From Tepidisphaera sp. (GTDB lineage: Bacteria; Planctomycetota; Phycisphaerae; Phycisphaerales; UBA1924), in contig CP051526.1 in assembly GCA_050916045.1 (NCBI GenBank), positions 3,808,001 through 3,872,000 on the forward strand: a DNA stretch of 64,000 bases, in the 5' to 3' direction. Shown piece by piece: positions 9,333-17,723 of this stretch. The position numbers and the translations under genes are program-made. The notes beneath the pieces are model-generated. The model saw nothing but the letters and a program-made list of their open reading frames with translations, had not been told where the DNA came from and made no database searches. Positions within the stretch are counted from its first letter, which is position 1. Every line of letters starts with the position of its first letter.

Positions 9333-9937
9333 GGAGCCACCTCCTTCAGCCCCGCGCCGCCCGCCCCACCCGCGCCCGTTCCCGACAAAAGCTCCCGCAG
9401 ACGCGCCAGCCCGCGACGGATCCGCGTCTTGACCGTGCCCACCGGCTGCGAAGTCATCCCCGCGATCCGCTCATGGCTCAGCCCGTGATACAGCGAGCAC
9501 CAAAGCACCTGACGCTCCTCCGCAGACAACTGCCCGAGCGCGGCCATCGCTCGGCTCGCGGACTCCTTGGTCTCAAACACCGGAGCCTGCTCCGCGCCTG
9601 CGAGCACGCGATCCTCCGGCAGCTCCCCACCGCGGCGCGCCATCGCCCGACGCTGACGATCCGTCAGACGCCGGTGCGCCACCGTCGCGATGAAGCCAGC
9701 TTCCATCCCCTTCGAGGGGTCGTAACGCCCGGCACAACGCCAGACCTCAACGAAAATCTCCTGCACGGCATCCTCGGCGTCATCCCCCATCGCGGCCAGA
9801 TACCGCTTGGCAAGGCCCCAGACCATTCCGCCATACTCATCGAGACAGCCGCGAACCGCCGAAGCGTCGCCGTTTGCGATGCGTTGAAGGAACTGCTCAG
9901 CCAAAGCCTGACGTCTCCCGAGGCCATCCAGCCTCAA
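9329..9937 (-). CDS. ECF RNA polymerase sigma factor (SigK-like)
   Basis: AEDAVQEIFVEVW, YDPSKG, GLSHERIA...PVGTVKTRIRRGL. Confidence 0.92.
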   Translation of the reverse strand: MRLDGLGRRQALAEQFLQRIANGDASAVRGCLDEYGGMVWGLAKRYLAAMGDDAEDAVQEIFVEVWRCAGRYDPSKGMEAGFIATVAHRRLTDRQRRAMARRGGELPEDRVLAGAEQAPVFETKESASRAMAALGQLSAEERQVLWCSLYHGLSHERIAGMTSQPVGTVKTRIRRGLARLRELLSGTGAGGAGGAGLKEVAP

Positions 9938-10126
9938 GCAACATCATACCCACACCTTCTTCGGCCCACATGGCCCGTCCGATTCGGTCCGGATTTTCTT
10001 CGCGGCCCAAAAACCGCCTCCTCCCCGGGTCCGAAGGTCCGGAGTTCCGAATGCCAACCGCTCCCGGCGGTCCGGTGCGTACCCGCGCCCCGGCGGTGGC
10101 TGTTCGGCCGTTTCCTGGAGGACTTC

Positions 10127-10981
10127 ATGGTTTCCCGCATTTCACTGTTGGCCGTTCCCTTCTTCCTCGCCGGCAGCGCCAGCGCCGAGATCATCTACGG
10201 CGTGACGCTCGAGCAGACGCTCATCACCTTCGATTCGAGCGCGACCGGCACGCTGCTTTCCGGCGTCGCCATCTCCGGTCTGGCCAGCAACGAAGTCATC
10301 CGCGGGATCGACGTCCGCCCGGCCACCGGCGAGCTTTACGCTCTGGGCAGCCAGAGCAACCTCTACCGCATCAACGCGGCGACGGGCGCGGCGACCCGCG
10401 TCGGATCGACTTTTTCGACGGCCCTCAACGGCTCGTCCTTCGGGTTTGATTTCAACCCCACGGTGGACCGCATCCGCGTGACCTCCGACGCGGACCAGAA
10501 CCTGCGTCTGAACCCGATCACCGGCGCGATCGCGGCGGTCGACGGCAACCTCGCGTACAACGCCGGCGATTCCGGCTTTGGCATGAACCCCAACATCGTC
10601 GCTTCGGCCTACACGAACAATTTCGCCGGCGCGACGACGACGACGCTCTACAACATCGACAGCCTGCGTGATGCGCTGGTCATCCAGAGCCCGCCCAACA
10701 ACGGCGGGCTGGTCACGGTCGGCTTCCTCGGCACGGACGTCACGGATCTGGCCGGGTTCGACATCTCCGGCGCGACCGGGATCGCGTACATGACGATCCG
10801 CGACGCCAATCTCTCCCGCTCGACGTTCTGGACGGTCAACCTCTCGACCGGCCAGGGCATGATGGTGGGCGAGATCGGGGGCGGAGCGATCCTCACCGCG
10901 ATGACCGTCGTCCCCACGCCCGCTTCGCTCGCGATGGTGGGCATGGGCGGCCTGATGGCTCTCCGCCGTCGCCGCCGCTGA
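10127..10981 (+). CDS. Secreted DUF4394-like protein with PEP-CTERM-like tail
   Basis: GGAGG RBS; signal peptide; GIDVRPATGELY, FDFNPTVDRIRV, AYTN; VPTPAS-TM-RRRRR tail. Confidence 0.85.
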   Translation: MVSRISLLAVPFFLAGSASAEIIYGVTLEQTLITFDSSATGTLLSGVAISGLASNEVIRGIDVRPATGELYALGSQSNLYRINAATGAATRVGSTFSTALNGSSFGFDFNPTVDRIRVTSDADQNLRLNPITGAIAAVDGNLAYNAGDSGFGMNPNIVASAYTNNFAGATTTTLYNIDSLRDALVIQSPPNNGGLVTVGFLGTDVTDLAGFDISGATGIAYMTIRDANLSRSTFWTVNLSTGQGMMVGEIGGGAILTAMTVVPTPASLAMVGMGGLMALRRRRR

Positions 10982-11041
10982 GCCGGAACTCTCACTCCAG
11001 TCGCGCGGGCCGTCCGAAACGACGCTCCGCGCCTTCCTCGA

Positions 11042-11749
11042 TCATGTGCCCTCGACCTGATCCAGCACGCCAAGCTCGCGCAGCGCGTTGAGCGCGGCTT
11101 CCTGCTCGGCCCGCTTCTTCGCCTGGCCCCAGCTCGGCGTGAACCGCTGGTCGCCGATCTCCACGGCGATCTTGAAGCACTTGGCGTGGTCGGGACCCTG
11201 CTCATCAAGCACGCGGTACTGCGGCGTCGCGAGCCGGTTCTGCTGCGCGTGCTGCTGAAGGAAGGACTTGTAGTTCTGCTGGTGCCGGCTCTGCGCCGCT
11301 TCATCGATCTGCGGATCGAGCTTCTCGCGGAGCAACCTCTTGACCGGCTCGTACCCGCCGTCGAGGTACATCGCCGCCACCACCGACTCGACCGAAGCCG
11401 CAGCAAGCGACATCGGGATCTCAAGCACCCCGGGCGCCGTCATCCCCTTGCCCATCGAGAGCGCCTTGTCCAAGCCCAACGACTTGGCCAGGTCCGCGCA
11501 CACCTGCCGCGAGACGACCAGGCTCTTGATCTTGGTCATGTCCCCTTCGAGCATCTTCGGATAACGCTCGTAGACACTCTCGCAGACGACGAGCCCCAGC
11601 ACCGCGTCGCCGAGAAACTCCATCCGCTCGTTGGACTCGCTCCGAACCTCCGTCAGCGAGGCGTGCGTGAGCGCACGACCGAGCAGCGACTCGTCTCTGA
11701 AGGTATAACCGAGTGAAGCCTCCACCGAGGCCCGAACCGTCGCGTCCAT
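11042..11749 (-). CDS. rnc: Ribonuclease III
   Basis: ALTHAS, NERMEFLGDAVL, dsRBD NYKSFLQQ...KKRAEQEAA; start may be GTG 11755. Confidence 0.96.
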   Translation of the reverse strand: MDATVRASVEASLGYTFRDESLLGRALTHASLTEVRSESNERMEFLGDAVLGLVVCESVYERYPKMLEGDMTKIKSLVVSRQVCADLAKSLGLDKALSMGKGMTAPGVLEIPMSLAAASVESVVAAMYLDGGYEPVKRLLREKLDPQIDEAAQSRHQQNYKSFLQQHAQQNRLATPQYRVLDEQGPDHAKCFKIAVEIGDQRFTPSWGQAKKRAEQEAALNALRELGVLDQVEGT

Positions 11750-12049
11750 GGACACGTCCCTGATTACCCGGGGCCGCGGACGCTCCCGGGTCGTCGGTAA
11801 CGTCCCAACGGCCCACGAGCGGCAGCGATCCCTTGTCGCAAGCCGCATCGCCGCGGCTCGCTCCCTCACAATATCGGCATCACAGGCTCCGTCCAAGAGG
11901 CCCAAAGACCTTCATTTCATACCAATCAAAACCCGATCATTGCCTCAGGGAGGGTTGCCTCACGTCCGGCGTCCGCCTAGTGTCTAGGCCCGTCCGGGAC
12001 GATGCCGAGCCACGGCGTGCCGACGGGTCAGCCTCTTTGGGAAGCAGCC

Positions 12050-12196
12050 ATGCATTATCCGCACCGCACCAGCCGCATCAAACGCAAGCGCTCCATCGGG
12101 TTCCGCGCTCGCATGAAGACCACCAACGGCCGCAAGATGATGAACCGCAAGCGCTCGGCCGGCCGCTCGCTGAACATCGCCGACAAGCACATCTGA
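12050..12196 (+). CDS. rpmH: 50S ribosomal protein L34
   Basis: MHYPHRTSRIKRKRSIGFRARMKTTNGRKMMNRKRSAGR. Confidence 0.92.
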   Translation: MHYPHRTSRIKRKRSIGFRARMKTTNGRKMMNRKRSAGRSLNIADKHI

Positions 12197-12212
12197 GTCG
12201 GGCCGCCGCGTT

Positions 12213-13031
12213 CTAGTCGCCGAACCCGGGCAGCGCCAACCGCGCCGCCGGCTCGAGACACCGAGGATCGTCGTGACGCGGGCTGTTCACCAGCTGGCTC
12301 ACCACGTACCAGGTCATTTCCGGAATCGGAGCATCCACGCACGCCGAGCGCAGCCGCTCGGCGTTGTTCTTTTCATCATCCCGCGATGGGCCCAGCCACT
12401 CCGCAAGCCGCTCCACCGGCAGAATCATCGGCCGCCGCGGGTGCACCGCCGTCACCGGCCCGCTTGCCGGGATCGTCAGAATCGCGAAGGTGTCGACCGT
12501 GCTCGGCCCGCTCGCCGGAGCGGTCCCGTCACGCGGCTTGGGATCCGCTTCCCACCGGTCCCACACCGCCGCGAGCAGGAACGGCGCCGTCGACCGGGTC
12601 GAAACGTCCATGACGCCGATCCAGTGCGGCTCACGCTTGGCGGCGTCGCGCCATTCGTAGTACCCGTCCACCGGCACGACGCAGCGCCGCCTCGAGAAAA
12701 GCTCCCAAAGCACGGGCCGCCGCTCCAGCGTCTCCGCCGCCGAATCGATCACCGACACGCCAACGTCCGGCGAGGACGCCCACGAACTCACAAGCCCCCA
12801 CCGCGCCGTCGTGATCTCGCACGGCAGCCCCGCGAGCGGCTTGCCCACCATCCCGCGCGGCACCGGCGCCGCCGTCCGCACGCCCTCGATCCCGCGCAGG
12901 ATCAGCGTCTCCTGCCCCGGTGCGATCGCGTACCTCGGCGTCCAAAGCCTCAGCGAGGGATCCATGGTGATGATGCCGTACCGCTCACCCAGAAGCGTCG
13001 GCGGTGTCGCGAGATGGAGTCTGCCGGGCAC
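12213..13031 (-). CDS. SOS response-associated peptidase (SRAP/HMCES/YedK family), with Pro at the Cys2 position
   Basis: PRYAIAPGQ, RWGLV, RRCVVPVDGYYEW, FAILT, VHPRRPMIL, VSQLVNSPRHDDPRCLEP. Confidence 0.88.
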   Translation of the reverse strand: MPGRLHLATPPTLLGERYGIITMDPSLRLWTPRYAIAPGQETLILRGIEGVRTAAPVPRGMVGKPLAGLPCEITTARWGLVSSWASSPDVGVSVIDSAAETLERRPVLWELFSRRRCVVPVDGYYEWRDAAKREPHWIGVMDVSTRSTAPFLLAAVWDRWEADPKPRDGTAPASGPSTVDTFAILTIPASGPVTAVHPRRPMILPVERLAEWLGPSRDDEKNNAERLRSACVDAPIPEMTWYVVSQLVNSPRHDDPRCLEPAARLALPGFGD

Positions 13032-13064
13032 GAAAGATCCTACTCAGCCCGCCACGCGGACGGT

Positions 13065-14924
13065 TCACTTCTGCTTGGGCATGATCTTCTTGCGGACGCT
13101 CTCGGCTTTTCCGCGATCCCCCGCCCGGTCCAAAGCCATCGCGTACCGCATCCCGAAAACCGCCCAGTTGCTCCCCCTGGCGAACTCAGCCGACATGTCG
13201 TCGGGCTCGTCGGTCTTGCTCCATGCCCATTTCCAGAACTCGGCCGCGTCGCCCGGGCCCTTGCCGCCGTCGGCGAGCATGCGGTCGCAGCGGTCCGCCG
13301 CTTCCTGCACCGCAGGCGTCTCCTTCCCGTACTGCTGAATGCAGTCGCGGTAGAGATTCCAAGCCCGGCCCAGGTCGCCGCCGTCGCGCATGGCGTCGGC
13401 TTCAAGCATGCGGAGCTTCACCGCCAGGTCGTACCGGAAATACGTCCGGTTCCGCTGAGAATCGACGAGCTTGGTCCGGATCCATGCCCACGCGGGGGCG
13501 CGTTCCAGGGGGTTCTTCATCGCGGCGACGATCGGCGTGAGGAACTTCAGCGCAAAGTCCGGGTACTTCGTCCCGCAAAGCGTCACCGCCGCTCCGCCCC
13601 ACTTCTCAAGGTCCGCCGGCGAGAACGACTCCTTCTTCGCAAGCTCGGCGATCCGGTCCCACGCCGCCGGCACGTACGGACACGCGTTCACCGACCGCTC
13701 GCAAAGCTCGAGCGCCTCGGGCGTTGATTCCACAACCGTCGAAGCGTCCGCCAGCGCCAGGCACAGACGGACCGACTGGCCGTCGTACGACGCCCGCTCG
13801 GCCACCATCGAAAGCTCGCCGTCGCTGATGCTCTCGCCCGTCTGCGGATCGCGGACCGAAGCGGCTTCGCCCTTGTAATCCTTGTACCGCCCCTCGGTCG
13901 TGTCCCACCAGTAGGACTTGCCCTGCTGGCGGAGATACCCGACCCAGGCGTGGCCGACGTCATCTCCGCGACCGACAACCGTCACGGCCGGGATGCCCAT
14001 CGACTTGCCGATCTGCTCGGCGAAGTACGCCTGTTCGACACAGACACCGCCGAGCTTCTTGATGTTCTGAAGCGTGTACGGGTGGCCCTCGATGGCTTTC
14101 TTCTGCCCGTGCTCAAAGTGCATGTTGTCGTAGCGAACGTCGAAATACCGCTTGCCCACGGCGGGCTGGTACCCGTACTGCCGCGCGGCCCACTCGATCT
14201 CGCCGCCGCCGCAGACCATGTCCACGACGTGAGTCAGAAGCACCGCGGGCATCTTCCCGGGCGCGAAAGGCCGGAAGGACCCGCCCAGGAAGTGCTTCAT
14301 CACCCCGACGTGGTCCAGCGACCATTCCTGCTTGCGCGGATTTGTCTGGTCGTGAACAACCGCGATCGCAGCCGCAAGCTCGGGATAGTTCTCAAAGGGC
14401 GCCTTGGCGGTGATCAGGTCGCCCACCACGCGAAAGACGCCGGGGCCGGAGTCGCGCTTCGCGTCGTAAAGCCACGCGAGCGAATCGGCGAACGTCGGCG
14501 AACCAATCATGAACGCGGCGCGATCACGCACCTCCTTCACCGAGCTGTCCTTGGAGGCGGACGCCGGCTTGTCGGTGGGCACGGTCTCGCCCTTCATCCC
14601 CGCGTCGATCAACCTGACGATCCGGCGTGTGCGCGCCGCGGCGATCAGGTCCCCGGGAGCACCCTTGTCGGCGACGACCTTCTTGAGCAGCGTGTCCGCT
14701 TCGGACTTGGCTTTGGAAAGATCACCGATCTCCGCGAGGTCGGTGAGGATCTTCTGAGCGGCCGCCGCGACGGTCTCGCTGGGAGCGGCGGCGGCCGGCG
14801 CGTTCTTCTTCTTGGGGGTGGAATACTGAGCGCTTGCCGTTCCGGCGGCCATGGCGATCGCCATCGCGGCGCACACCGTGCGCAACGAAGCCATTCCACC
14901 GCCCCGCTTGCTTGCCCGATTCAT
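13065..14924 (-). CDS. Secreted protein with transglutaminase-like core and helical C-terminus
   Basis: GAGGAG RBS, signal peptide; GGVCVEQA...GHAWVGY...WWD putative Cys-His-Asp triad. Confidence 0.65.
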   Translation of the reverse strand: MNRASKRGGGMASLRTVCAAMAIAMAAGTASAQYSTPKKKNAPAAAAPSETVAAAAQKILTDLAEIGDLSKAKSEADTLLKKVVADKGAPGDLIAAARTRRIVRLIDAGMKGETVPTDKPASASKDSSVKEVRDRAAFMIGSPTFADSLAWLYDAKRDSGPGVFRVVGDLITAKAPFENYPELAAAIAVVHDQTNPRKQEWSLDHVGVMKHFLGGSFRPFAPGKMPAVLLTHVVDMVCGGGEIEWAARQYGYQPAVGKRYFDVRYDNMHFEHGQKKAIEGHPYTLQNIKKLGGVCVEQAYFAEQIGKSMGIPAVTVVGRGDDVGHAWVGYLRQQGKSYWWDTTEGRYKDYKGEAASVRDPQTGESISDGELSMVAERASYDGQSVRLCLALADASTVVESTPEALELCERSVNACPYVPAAWDRIAELAKKESFSPADLEKWGGAAVTLCGTKYPDFALKFLTPIVAAMKNPLERAPAWAWIRTKLVDSQRNRTYFRYDLAVKLRMLEADAMRDGGDLGRAWNLYRDCIQQYGKETPAVQEAADRCDRMLADGGKGPGDAAEFWKWAWSKTDEPDDMSAEFARGSNWAVFGMRYAMALDRAGDRGKAESVRKKIMPKQK

Positions 14925-14935
14925 GAACCTGCTCC

Positions 14936-15898
14936 TCACTTGCCCTGCTTGGACTCGCTCTTGGCGGGGGCGCCGGCTTTGGCTTCCTCGGCCACGATCG
15001 CCGCACACGCTCCGTCGAAGAACGCGATGGATTTCCGGACGTTCTCTTCCAGTTCCTTGCCCGCGCCGTACTCGTACTCAACGGACATGTACCCGGAGAA
15101 TTTCTGCCGACGGATCTCCTTCAGCACCGCCGCGATCCCGGTGTTGCCCGTGCCCCACGGCTGATCGATCTTCTCGCCCTTGACGTCCTTGATGTCCTTG
15201 AGGTGAAGGGAGATCAGCCGGCCCTCGTACTTCTTCAGAGACTCGACGGCATCCAGACCCGAACGCGTCCAGTGGCCGACGTCGGCGCAGGCGCCCAGCA
15301 GAGCCGCCCGGCTCTTCACCGAGGACACCACCGTGTCCGGGTTCCAGTAGCGGGAGTCCTTGGGGTGGTTGTGGCACGCGGCTTTGATCGAGTACTCCTT
15401 CGCGAGCTTCTCGACCAGGTCCCACGCATCCGGCGTCGGCTCGCAGGTGATGACGCCGATCTTCATGTCCTTCGCGAACTCAAAGTGCCGGCGGACATCC
15501 TTCTCGTCGTTGGCGGGCCCGATGACGCCGTAAGCCCGCGGCGTGATGCCAGCTTCCTTCATCGCGCCAAGCAGGTCGTTCCGCTGCGCCGAGGTCAGAT
15601 CCGGCCCCGTCTTGGCGTCCTTGGCGGTCTTCGAAAGCTGCTGCCCGGGGTAAAGCTCGATGAACTTCAGGCCGAGCGACTTGGCGATCTCAAGCGTCTC
15701 GAACGTCGACCGGTCGCGGAACGTCCACGCTTGCGTGCCGAGCTCAAACCCGAGCTTGACCGCCGCGCTGTCGTCCCGGGTGTCGCCGCGGGCACCCGCC
15801 CGGGCGACCATCGAGATCGCGGCCGAGGCGCTCCCCCCGCTCATCAGACCGACCGCACCCGCCAAACCGACCTTGACCGCCTCACGACGATTGAGCAT
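14936..15898 (-). CDS. Tat-exported sugar phosphate isomerase/epimerase-like TIM barrel
   Basis: NRREAVK twin-arginine signal; HNH, CADVGHW, HLKD, SVEYE metal ligands. Confidence 0.85.
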   Translation of the reverse strand: MLNRREAVKVGLAGAVGLMSGGSASAAISMVARAGARGDTRDDSAAVKLGFELGTQAWTFRDRSTFETLEIAKSLGLKFIELYPGQQLSKTAKDAKTGPDLTSAQRNDLLGAMKEAGITPRAYGVIGPANDEKDVRRHFEFAKDMKIGVITCEPTPDAWDLVEKLAKEYSIKAACHNHPKDSRYWNPDTVVSSVKSRAALLGACADVGHWTRSGLDAVESLKKYEGRLISLHLKDIKDVKGEKIDQPWGTGNTGIAAVLKEIRRQKFSGYMSVEYEYGAGKELEENVRKSIAFFDGACAAIVAEEAKAGAPAKSESKQGK

Positions 15899-15962
15899 GC
15901 AATTCCCTTCGGAATACCGAACAGTCCAAACAGGTTCCTACCCGACCGGGCGAACCCTCTGA

Positions 15963-16463
15963 TCAACTTCCGGATTGTACCGAATGCGGTTGCGGCTGCA
16001 CGCCTTCTTTTTCCGCGATCCGCGTGATCGTGGCCGCGAAATCCTCATCCTCGCCCCGCAAAAGCTCCGGCAACGCCGCCCGGAAGTCCGGCCGGCGGCA
16101 CCACTCACGCATGTAGTCCTCCCACGAAAGCCACAAGCGGCGGGTGTGCGGGGTCATCCGCTCCTCGTACACCAGGATGTACGCCCGCTCAAACAGCGCG
16201 ACCAGAATGTTGAACATCGTCCACTTGCGCTCCTTCTGCTCCGGGGTCAGCTCGACCTTCTCGCTGCTCAGGATCCGCAAGTCCGCGTTCTGAAGCACCA
16301 GCTTCATGAAGTTGGTGTACTCATCGCTCAGCCGCTGGTAGATCTCCTCCTCCTCGTTCGCCCGCTCCCGCCGCTGCTCGTAGATGAAGACGATGATCGC
16401 CAGCGGCAACCCGAAGACCGTGACGACGTAGCTCAGGAATTCCCAGGTTTCGCGGTCGAACAT
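15963..16463 (-). CDS. Hypothetical protein with N-terminal TM helix
   Basis: GAGG RBS, clean 166-aa ORF with host-like codon use. Confidence 0.75.
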   Translation of the reverse strand: MFDRETWEFLSYVVTVFGLPLAIIVFIYEQRRERANEEEEIYQRLSDEYTNFMKLVLQNADLRILSSEKVELTPEQKERKWTMFNILVALFERAYILVYEERMTPHTRRLWLSWEDYMREWCRRPDFRAALPELLRGEDEDFAATITRIAEKEGVQPQPHSVQSGS

Positions 16464-16549
16464 GAGGCACCTCGCAGATGGTCCATCGTGAAGATCGAGT
16501 ACTCTATGGAACGGTGGAACGAAGCGATTCCATCTTGTGGGGAGGCTGA

Positions 16550-17707
16550 GTGGCGAAGAAGCGACCGGGTAATCCGCCTTCTTGGATGGTCAAAGCTGCG
16601 GATTTTGGCTTTCCGCTCGCCCTGCTTTTCGCATTCTCCATTGCCACCATTGTCCTTTACGGGCAGGTCACCGAGCTTCGGGCGGGCTGCGAAGCGCAAG
16701 CGGAGGCGATGACGTGGCCGGAGGCTCCAGGTCGCGTCGTAGACACCCGCATCGAGATTCAAAGCCGTGCCCGCTCGACGACTTACCGCGCCGGTATCCG
16801 CTATGTCTATGAAACGCCGCTCGGACCGCAAGGCGGAAGCACCATCCGCCTTGACGAGAGCCCGTGGAGCGTGTCCGAAAGCGAGGCTGAGGCGGTACGG
16901 CGAAAGTACCCGGCGGGTACGCCGGTCCGCGTGAGGTATCACCCAAGTCGAATGCACATTTCGCTCATCGACGCGACTCCGCCGCGATGGACCTCGCTTT
17001 GGTGGATGCAAGTCGCGATGTGGGTTTCGGTCGTCTTCTGGCTCGCATGCGTCGGCTATTCGCTCCGCACGCTAATCCGCTGGCTTCGGACTCCACGAAA
17101 TGCGTCAACACGGAAGGATCGCAGGTCGAACAGGCAGACACGCACACCGGAGGTGAGCATCGTCGGGCTTGGCGGAGCCGGCCGTGTCCTTGCGCTGCTG
17201 TTTCTTTCGGCCGCGGTGTTCTTTCTGTCGACATGGACAGACCGCCTCCAGGCCGCCTGCGAGTTGCAGGCTTCGGTCGCGAATTGGCCAGAGGCCCCGG
17301 GCCGGATCGTCGATGGTTCGATCAGTGAGTACCAGGTCCATTCTCGCTACGGGTCGCGGACGAAGTACCGCGCGGAGATTCGGTACATCATGGAGACACC
17401 GAATGGACCGGTCGGCGGGAGCACCATCCGATTTGACGAAGATCTTGGGTACGACTCGAAAGATGAAGCAAAGCAGATGATTTCACGCTATCCACCCGGA
17501 TTGAACGTCATGGTCAAGCATCACCCTGACTCCCCAGGCGTCACGCTGCTCGACGGATCCGCTCCGCGGTGGAATGTGCTGCGCAAGGTGCGGATCGGGA
17601 TGTGGACCGCGACCGTGCTGTGGGCTCTCACCGCGGCATTCATCGCGTATCGCATCGCGCGATGGCTGAGCCGACGGCGGCAAGAGACCATCGCGACTCA
17701 AGCTTGA
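16550..17707 (+). CDS. Membrane protein with two DUF3592-like repeats
   Basis: Duplicated WPEAPGR...YRAxIRY..ETPxGPxGGSTIRxDE...YPxG..V.V.xHP units. Confidence 0.75.
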   Translation: MAKKRPGNPPSWMVKAADFGFPLALLFAFSIATIVLYGQVTELRAGCEAQAEAMTWPEAPGRVVDTRIEIQSRARSTTYRAGIRYVYETPLGPQGGSTIRLDESPWSVSESEAEAVRRKYPAGTPVRVRYHPSRMHISLIDATPPRWTSLWWMQVAMWVSVVFWLACVGYSLRTLIRWLRTPRNASTRKDRRSNRQTRTPEVSIVGLGGAGRVLALLFLSAAVFFLSTWTDRLQAACELQASVANWPEAPGRIVDGSISEYQVHSRYGSRTKYRAEIRYIMETPNGPVGGSTIRFDEDLGYDSKDEAKQMISRYPPGLNVMVKHHPDSPGVTLLDGSAPRWNVLRKVRIGMWTATVLWALTAAFIAYRIARWLSRRRQETIATQA

Positions 17708-17723
17708 GTTCCGGCGCAAGTGG

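Noticed and set aside
11880..12049. Structured leader or riboswitch upstream of rpmH
   Set aside because: No recognisable conserved motif or convincing stem by eye.
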